A stretch of DNA of 63,996 nt, counting the filler, from Candidatus Woesearchaeota archaeon (GTDB taxonomy: Archaea > Nanobdellota > Nanobdellia > Woesearchaeales > BM511): the NCBI GenBank assembly GCA_023266675.1. It is 4 parts of 4 records of this genome, joined end to end, with 100 filler letters (N's around TTAATTAATTAA, not from the genome) between each part and the next. Parts side by side here need not be neighbours in the genome. Positions count along the whole stretch, not along the records: positions 49,539 to 63,996 come from JAHFPP010000035.1; 3 more parts are not named here. One strand, 5' to 3'. Below, in pieces: positions 57,406-63,996 of the stretch. Both the position numbers and the translations under genes were made by a program. Each line of letters begins with the position of its first letter. Position 1 is the stretch's first letter. The notes beneath the pieces were generated by a model, which made no database searches, was not told the DNA's origin, and saw nothing but the letters and a program-made list of their open reading frames with translations.

Positions 57406-58635
57406 TTATTTCCCTTTCAGCCACTCTACCTCGTCGCTAGAGAATTCAAAATCTTTTATAATATTTTGCGACGCTTCCTTGTTTTTCTTGAATATGATTT
57501 GCATGTATGGGATTGTGTTTTTTATTGTATCCTTTACGCTTGAGTGCGTTTTTTTTGCAACTTTAATTGCAATGGCTTTTCTTTTTTCATTTTTCATGTT
57601 CATCTGCCATATCTTTAATATTCTTGTTGTTGGCTTATAAGTTGTAAACCCGGGATACTTTTCATCTTTTGAAAGCGCAACGCCAGCGCTAAGCAAATCG
57701 TTTATGTAAACAAGAAATCTCCAGTGCTGCCGTCTTTTTATCCTTGCGCGGTAAACATCTGCAAGAGAGATGCACTCAAATCCGCGTGCCAGGTCAAGTG
57801 GTTTCTTGTATTCCTGCGCAAGGTTTTCTTCAACCCATAAAAATACTTCATCATTGTCTTCATCAATATTCTCATAAGCAGACAAAGCCACTTCAGGTTT
57901 TGTTGTCTTAAAGACTTTCATCAGCGCAGTTATCATTGTCTCTGTTTTTTTCCTGTCAGAAAGGTTGTCCAAATCCTTCATCAAAAGCTTTTTTGAATCC
58001 TGAGTCAGTGTCTGAAGGTCTGTTATTGCGCTTCGCAGGTCGCCGCCTGCGCGCCTTGCAACAGCTGTTAGCGCCATATCATCACATTCTACATTTTCTT
58101 TTTTTGCGATTCTTTGAAGAACTGATAGTACTGACGGATACGCAAGTCCGTGAAACTCTATCATCAATGATTTTTTTCGCAGTTCAGAGAATTTTTTATC
58201 ATAAGGATTATTAGCAGTCATTATAAGCGGATAACGTGTTGTGTCTATCAGTCTTGATAGTGCAATTATTCCACCTTTGTCTTCGCTTCCTGCAACGCCG
58301 TCAACTTCATCAACAAGAATAAGTTTTTCTTTGAAGAACAATGACTGCTGCTGCATTATTGCGCCAAGCCTTTGATTGATAGCCTCGCCGTTTCGTGTAT
58401 CTGACGCATTTATTTCATGAATTTCTAAATCAGATTCCTTAGCTATCGCATGAACTGACGAAGTTTTTCCGCAGCCAGGTTCGCCGTATACAAGCGCAGC
58501 TTTGAATTTTTGTTTTTTATAATTCTTAACAAAATCTTTCAACTGTTCAAGCGACTTAACCTGCCCGTAAATCTCATCAGTAGTCTTTGGCTGATACTTC
58601 TTCACCCACGGAGTGTTGCTTGTTTTATCCTGCAT
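57406..58635 (-). CDS. rfcL: Replication factor C large subunit
   Basis: PWVKKYQP, GEPGCGKT, EINASD, LVDEVD, GDLRSAI. Confidence 0.95.
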   Translation of the reverse strand: MQDKTSNTPWVKKYQPKTTDEIYGQVKSLEQLKDFVKNYKKQKFKAALVYGEPGCGKTSSVHAIAKESDLEIHEINASDTRNGEAINQRLGAIMQQQSLFFKEKLILVDEVDGVAGSEDKGGIIALSRLIDTTRYPLIMTANNPYDKKFSELRKKSLMIEFHGLAYPSVLSVLQRIAKKENVECDDMALTAVARRAGGDLRSAITDLQTLTQDSKKLLMKDLDNLSDRKKTETMITALMKVFKTTKPEVALSAYENIDEDNDEVFLWVEENLAQEYKKPLDLARGFECISLADVYRARIKRRQHWRFLVYINDLLSAGVALSKDEKYPGFTTYKPTTRILKIWQMNMKNEKRKAIAIKVAKKTHSSVKDTIKNTIPYMQIIFKKNKEASQNIIKDFEFSSDEVEWLKGK

Positions 58636-58942
58636 AACCTGTTAGATACAAGAATTATTTATAAGTGTTTTCAATATTTTTTCGTTATCTATAAATATAA
58701 GCTTCGCTTTACTATTTTTATGAGAGCTGATTATATTCACTGTCAATGATTTTCTTCTAAATAGTCTTAACACCAATTTTTTCAAAAAAATATTATTAAA
58801 CTTTCATGGGTAGCGCCATTCATAAAACTAATTTCTAAAATTGAATCATAAATAAATTTAAAAAATTATTTTTTACATTTTTAAAAATAAAAACAATGAT
58901 AGCGAGAGCTATACTAAAAAAATTAGTGGAGGAAGGATTACT

Positions 58943-59854
58943 ATGAGATTTAAACCAACAACTGACAATATAATAAATGATTATGGGATGAGTAATTTGG
59001 TGTTGATACCTAAAAATTCTGCGCTTCAGGGAGGAATATCATCAATACTAAATCTAAAGAATGATGCCATAAAAATTGAGTCTTTCAGGGGAGAGGACAT
59101 ACCCTCAATTCTTGAAGACTTGTACTTTAAGAAAAAAGTGAAAGCTGTAGGAATCACAGGTGATGATTTGTATGATGAATACAGAATCAAAAATCCAAAT
59201 TCACTAGTTGAATTACTGGAAACAATAGATTGGAATGATGCGAGTGCAATGTTTAGGCGTCCGGCTCTTTGCGTTATTGGAAGAATCGGTGAAGAAATAA
59301 CTCAGACGCCAAGCGTTGCAGTAAACAGAAAATATCTGGAGACATCAAAGACCGGTCTTGAAGAATTAGGAATTCTGCCAAAAATAAGTATATATAATGG
59401 CAACACTGAAGCGACTGTTGCAAGCGGAATAAATGACTTATGCGTTGACATAGTCTATTCAGGAAAAACATTAAATGAGTATGGGCTTGAAATAAAAGAA
59501 ATAATCCGATTCAGTGATTTTTCCGTGATAGGTGTTAATGAAAAAAGTCCGCTTGGGTTAAAACGTGATTACGACATGATTTTTGACAGGGTTAAAAGTC
59601 CAGTTGAAGGCTCTTACACATCAAAACTTTCGCTTGACCCAAACAAAGCAATGAAGAAACTAGGTGAAGAGTTCTCTGAGTTTGCAAGAGCATGCACACT
59701 TTACGGACTAACTGGGGATGTTGCCAAAGAAAGAAAAGATGTGGCGCTAGAGTTTCAGCAGCTTTTTTACACAATGTCAATAAATGCAGCAAGATGTGAT
59801 TTGGATTTTAGTGATATATCCCAATCCTTCTATTCTTCATTAAAGAGGGATTGA
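58943..59854 (+). CDS. HisG-like ATP phosphoribosyltransferase fused to HisE-like PR-ATP pyrophosphatase
   Basis: RGEDIP, GITGDD, GNTEA, DIVYSGKTL (HisG); GSYTSKL...KKLGEE..E (HisE). Confidence 0.8.
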   Translation: MRFKPTTDNIINDYGMSNLVLIPKNSALQGGISSILNLKNDAIKIESFRGEDIPSILEDLYFKKKVKAVGITGDDLYDEYRIKNPNSLVELLETIDWNDASAMFRRPALCVIGRIGEEITQTPSVAVNRKYLETSKTGLEELGILPKISIYNGNTEATVASGINDLCVDIVYSGKTLNEYGLEIKEIIRFSDFSVIGVNEKSPLGLKRDYDMIFDRVKSPVEGSYTSKLSLDPNKAMKKLGEEFSEFARACTLYGLTGDVAKERKDVALEFQQLFYTMSINAARCDLDFSDISQSFYSSLKRD

Positions 59855-59855
59855 A

Positions 59856-60248
59856 ATGAAAGAGCTTGAAAACACGCTTGAGTTTAGGCTAAGGTATGAC
59901 AAAGACGGACTTGTTCCAGTAGTGACTCAAGATTCAAAAACAAAAGAAGTCTTGATTCTCTCATTTGCAAACAAAGAAGCTGTAATGAATACTTTGGAAA
60001 CAGGGATTGCAACATATTTTAGCAGAAGCAGAAAGGAACTATGGGTTAAAGGCGCAACTTCAGGAGATTATCTGAAAATAGACAGCGTTAGAATCAACTG
60101 TGAACAAAACTCTCTGCTGTATTCTGTAACACCACAAGGCAAAGGAGCATGCCACACAAAAGATGAAGATGGAGTTACAAGAAGCAGCTGTTATTATCGG
60201 GAAATCGTAGGAGATGCAGTGAAAGGATATAAATTAAAAATTATTTAA
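59856..60248 (+). CDS. hisI: Phosphoribosyl-AMP cyclohydrolase
   Basis: GLVPVVTQD, YFSRSR..LWVKGATSG, ACHT..SCYYR. Confidence 0.9.
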   Translation: MKELENTLEFRLRYDKDGLVPVVTQDSKTKEVLILSFANKEAVMNTLETGIATYFSRSRKELWVKGATSGDYLKIDSVRINCEQNSLLYSVTPQGKGACHTKDEDGVTRSSCYYREIVGDAVKGYKLKII

Positions 60249-60335
60249 AAACTATTTTTGTTTTTTTTATCTTTTTTATCTTCTTTCAACTTTCCCGCAA
60301 GATTTAAATATACACCTTTTGTCTTGTTATTCACG

Positions 60336-62864
60336 ATGGAACTCCCTTTAAACTACTCCGAGCACGAAGCTGAAATAAAATGGCTGAAATACTGGGAAGA
60401 AAACAATGTTTACAAGTTCAATCCTGACACTAAAAAGGAGATTTACACAATAGATACACCACCTCCAACAGTGTCTGGAAAAATGCATATCGGGCACGCT
60501 TTTTCTTTCTCGCAGCAGGATTTTGTTGCCAGATACAAAAGAATGGCAGGATTTGAACTATTCTACCCATTTGGAACTGATGACAACGGGCTTGCAACTG
60601 AACGGCTTATCGAAAAATTAAAGAACGTAAAAAGCAAGAAGATGGACAGAGATGAATTTGTTAAACTCTGCCTAAAAACACTTGAAGAAATCAGGCCGGA
60701 CTTCATATTTGACTGGAAAAAACTCGGCATGTCATGCGATTTTGATATATTTTATTCAACAATAGATGCCCATTCCCAAAGAATCTCGCAAGAATCTTTC
60801 TTAAAATTGTACAACAGCGGAAGAATCTACAGAAAAAAATCCCCGATAATATTCTGCCCTCACTGCAAAACAGCAATAGCGCAGGTTGAGATGGAGGATG
60901 TTGAAAAACAGTCAACACTAAATTACATTAAAGCAAAAGCAGAGTCCGGAGAATACCTGATATACTCAACTACTAGACCGGAACTTCATCCTGCATGCGT
61001 CGGAATATCAATCGATGAAAACGGTGATTATGTCACAGCTAAAAGAGAGAACAATGAATTATGGATAATAAGCAAGGATGCATATAATACTATGAAAGAA
61101 GAATTTCCAATGGAGATAATCAATGAATACAAAGGAAAAGAGCTTCTTGGAAAGAAAGTTGAAATCGCATACTCTTTAAGAAACTTTGTTGAAATAAATC
61201 ATGATATCAGCGTAAAAACAGAATATGGAACAGGAATAGTATACTATTGCTCCTATGGTGGGCTTGATTGTGTTGAGTGGCTTTCACGGCATAAAACAAT
61301 AGAACCACTTCATATAATGGACGAATCAGGAGTTTACACAAAAGGAAAATACAAAGACTTGCCGTCTGACAAGGCGCGCGAAGAAGTTCTCAAAGATTTA
61401 GAAGCTGATGGTTATCTTATAAAAAAGCAGAAAATGAAGCATTTTGTCAACGTCCATGAAAGATGTCAGACAGACATTGAATATGTTGCAACAGAACAAT
61501 GGTTCATAAAATACCTTGAATTAAAGGAGCAATTTTTAGAGGCAGGAAATAAACTGAACTGGTACCCAAACCACATGAAAAACAGGTATGACAACTGGGT
61601 AAAAGGTCTTCAATGGGATTGGTGTATTTCGCGCCAAAGGCATTTTGGAGTTCCAATACCAGTATGGTATGATAAGCATGGAAATATTGTTGTGCCAAAA
61701 GCTGATGAACTTCCAATAGAGCCGTTAAAAAATGTGCCTAAAGGATATAGCATGAATGATTTAACTCCTGAAAAGGATGTTCTTGACACATGGGCGACAT
61801 CATCACTCACTCCAACGCTCGCAGCAGACCTTTTCAAAAACCATCCAGTTTACAAAAAATTATACCCAATGAACCTGCGACCGCAGGCTCACGATATAAT
61901 AACTTTCTGGCTTTTTAACACACTTGTAAAATCACAGCTTCATGACAAAATAAATCCTTGGAAAGATGTTATGATATCAGGTTGGGCGCTTGACCCACAC
62001 GGAAAAAAGATGAGTAAATCTAAAGGAAATGTTATTGAACCTCAGGAAGTAATTAAAAAATACAGCGCAGATGCGCTTCGATTCTGGGCTGCAGGGTCAA
62101 AACTAGGCGAAGACCTTCCATACCAGGAGAAGGATTTAGCAACAGGGAAAAAAATGGTTACAAAGCTTTGGAACGCGTCAAAACTTGCAATCACGAATCT
62201 TGAAGATTATAAAGGCCAAAAACCAAAACATCTTTTGCCAATTGATGCATGGATACTCTCCAAACTAAACAATTTAATTAAATCATCCACTGAAAGCTTT
62301 GAAAAGTATGAGTATTCAAAGACAAAACAGGAAGTCGAGAAATTTTTCTTCTCAACACTCTGTGACAATTACCTTGAGATAATCAAGGAGAGGCTTTACA
62401 ACCCTGATATCCACGGAGTTGACGCAAAAGTTTCTGCGCAGTACACGCTTCACACTTCTTTTTTTAGCGTATTAAAACTTATGGCTCCAATAATGCCTTT
62501 TATAACAGAGGAGATTTATCATCTCCATTTTATAAAAACTGAAGGATTAAAATCCATACATCATTCAGAGTGGCCAAAGTTCAATGCTGAACTTATAAAT
62601 GAGGAAGCGGAAAAAATCGGTGACATGGCAGTTGACATAATCTCAATTGTCAGAAAATTCAAGTCAACAAATAAAATCTCACTTAAAGAAGAAATATCAA
62701 CTCTAATACTTGCCGTAAATGAAGAAGATGAAAAACTCCTAAAGAAAGCAATTGCTGACATAAAAGGCGTAACACGCGCAAAAGAAATAATATTTGATGA
62801 CAAAGATGATGACTCTTTCACAAGATGCGAAAACTTTGACGTAAAAGTCGGTATAATAAAATGA
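60336..62864 (+). CDS. valS: Valine--tRNA ligase
   Basis: DTPPPTVSG.MHIGH, WCISRQR, KMSKSKGN. Confidence 0.97.
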   Translation: MELPLNYSEHEAEIKWLKYWEENNVYKFNPDTKKEIYTIDTPPPTVSGKMHIGHAFSFSQQDFVARYKRMAGFELFYPFGTDDNGLATERLIEKLKNVKSKKMDRDEFVKLCLKTLEEIRPDFIFDWKKLGMSCDFDIFYSTIDAHSQRISQESFLKLYNSGRIYRKKSPIIFCPHCKTAIAQVEMEDVEKQSTLNYIKAKAESGEYLIYSTTRPELHPACVGISIDENGDYVTAKRENNELWIISKDAYNTMKEEFPMEIINEYKGKELLGKKVEIAYSLRNFVEINHDISVKTEYGTGIVYYCSYGGLDCVEWLSRHKTIEPLHIMDESGVYTKGKYKDLPSDKAREEVLKDLEADGYLIKKQKMKHFVNVHERCQTDIEYVATEQWFIKYLELKEQFLEAGNKLNWYPNHMKNRYDNWVKGLQWDWCISRQRHFGVPIPVWYDKHGNIVVPKADELPIEPLKNVPKGYSMNDLTPEKDVLDTWATSSLTPTLAADLFKNHPVYKKLYPMNLRPQAHDIITFWLFNTLVKSQLHDKINPWKDVMISGWALDPHGKKMSKSKGNVIEPQEVIKKYSADALRFWAAGSKLGEDLPYQEKDLATGKKMVTKLWNASKLAITNLEDYKGQKPKHLLPIDAWILSKLNNLIKSSTESFEKYEYSKTKQEVEKFFFSTLCDNYLEIIKERLYNPDIHGVDAKVSAQYTLHTSFFSVLKLMAPIMPFITEEIYHLHFIKTEGLKSIHHSEWPKFNAELINEEAEKIGDMAVDIISIVRKFKSTNKISLKEEISTLILAVNEEDEKLLKKAIADIKGVTRAKEIIFDDKDDDSFTRCENFDVKVGIIK

Positions 62865-63052
62865 AGAAACTTCTTTTAAAAAACATAGAAAGCGAATCTG
62901 AGTATTTCGATATCCTTTTTATTGCAGGCATAATCATGATTGTTTCAGGAATATCATTGATGATTCTTTTCAACAACAAAACACATTCAATAACTTTCCT
63001 GATAGTTGGATTTATTCTTTCTTTAATAGCAAAATTAAAATCTAGAAGTTAG
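62861..63052 (+). CDS. Small two-TM protein
   Basis: ATGA-region overlap with valS end; two hydrophobic helices. Confidence 0.5.
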   Translation: MKKLLLKNIESESEYFDILFIAGIIMIVSGISLMILFNNKTHSITFLIVGFILSLIAKLKSRS

Positions 63053-63097
63053 TAAACATTTAATTTTTATAAATATATATTCTAATCTGTTATTGGA

Positions 63098-63898
63098 TTA
63101 TCTAACCATAACATATGACAATATTATTTTTGTTGCTATGCCATCTTTGATGTATGGTCTTTCCTCTGTAACAATATTTATGTTTGCGCTAATTTTGTAA
63201 TGACCATCTTTAATTCTTCTTAAATTATATTCTGGAGACGGAGGTATATTTCTTCCTTGCAATCTGTGCCTTATATTCTTTACTAAAGGGCTCTCATCAG
63301 TTAAATAAGTATCTTTACTATAAGGTACTTGTATTCTTTTTTTGTCTATTTCTAAATCTAGCTCTTGTCCAGGAATTAATCTTCCTGCAAAAGTTCCTAA
63401 AAAATATTCTAATGCTCTAAGATTCCTTAGTGATGGGTCAGTGTCATTATTTCTTGAGGTAGTTCCAAGCAAATATATGTATTTATCACCTTGTTTATTC
63501 TCAGGAATTTTTTTATCAATAAGCTTTAACAAATGATGCAAAGGTAAGAAATCTCTTCTTTCACCACTCATACGATTGTAATCTAAACGATGTAATGTTT
63601 CTTGTGATACTAACGATGAATACGTCTCAATTCCTGCTATCTCATTTGGACTAAACACTTCTGCGTCACAACAAGCGGCAAGATTTGTATATTGTAAGTA
63701 TAATGGTTCACGCCTTTTTGGGTCAGATGTAGAAGAAATTCTCTTTTCTAAATCATTTAATCTTCTTGTTTGATCTTTAAGGCGTAATTCTTGTGGAGAT
63801 TTTCTTACAACTCTCCCTTTTTCAATTTCTTTATTTAGCTTTGCAACAGAGGCGCCAGGTCTTTCTCCATCTTCAGGTTTTCTACCAAAATGTCCCAT
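63098..63898 (-). CDS. Hypothetical protein
   Basis: 266-aa ORF, AGGAG upstream; no recognisable motif. Confidence 0.6.
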   Translation of the reverse strand: MGHFGRKPEDGERPGASVAKLNKEIEKGRVVRKSPQELRLKDQTRRLNDLEKRISSTSDPKRREPLYLQYTNLAACCDAEVFSPNEIAGIETYSSLVSQETLHRLDYNRMSGERRDFLPLHHLLKLIDKKIPENKQGDKYIYLLGTTSRNNDTDPSLRNLRALEYFLGTFAGRLIPGQELDLEIDKKRIQVPYSKDTYLTDESPLVKNIRHRLQGRNIPPSPEYNLRRIKDGHYKISANINIVTEERPYIKDGIATKIILSYVMVR

Positions 63899-63996
63899 CT
63901 CCTTTAGAAAACAAATTTATTTATAAATGTTACTACTAATTAGTCTATAATTAAATCTTCTTCCACTTTGTGCCGTCTTTAGAATCTTCAAGAACT

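Overview
Low-GC archaeal sequence, most consistent with a DPANN archaeon such as Woesearchaeota. This is inferred from the split RNAP A'/A'', L30e-NusA-S12-S7, L35Ae, RFC, Dph2/Dph6, an unlinked 5S rRNA and many lineage-specific coiled-coil proteins. The window is four contigs joined by artificial 100-nt N/TTAATTAATTAA linkers (16469-16568, 32991-33090, 49439-49538), so adjacency across them is not biological. Contig 1: smc, a stop-interrupted secreted protein with six knottin-like Cys repeats, L35Ae, and a ~9 kb cluster of uncharacterised coiled-coil and membrane genes with an MNT-HEPN pair inserted. Contig 2: sugar-nucleotide/glycosylation genes, purine salvage (two apt, mtnP), 5S rRNA, presenilin. 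Contig 3: RNAP/ribosomal operon, type II R-M system, three-gene NAD(P) transhydrogenase, shortened Dph2, AsnB-Dph6 fusion, U32 protein. Contig 4: free-standing LAGLIDADG gene overlapping a tRNA-Phe with a variable-loop intron, glyS, SPFH membrane cluster, RFC large subunit, divergent HisG-HisE fusion plus HisI, valS. All calls are by eye from motifs; no searches were run.
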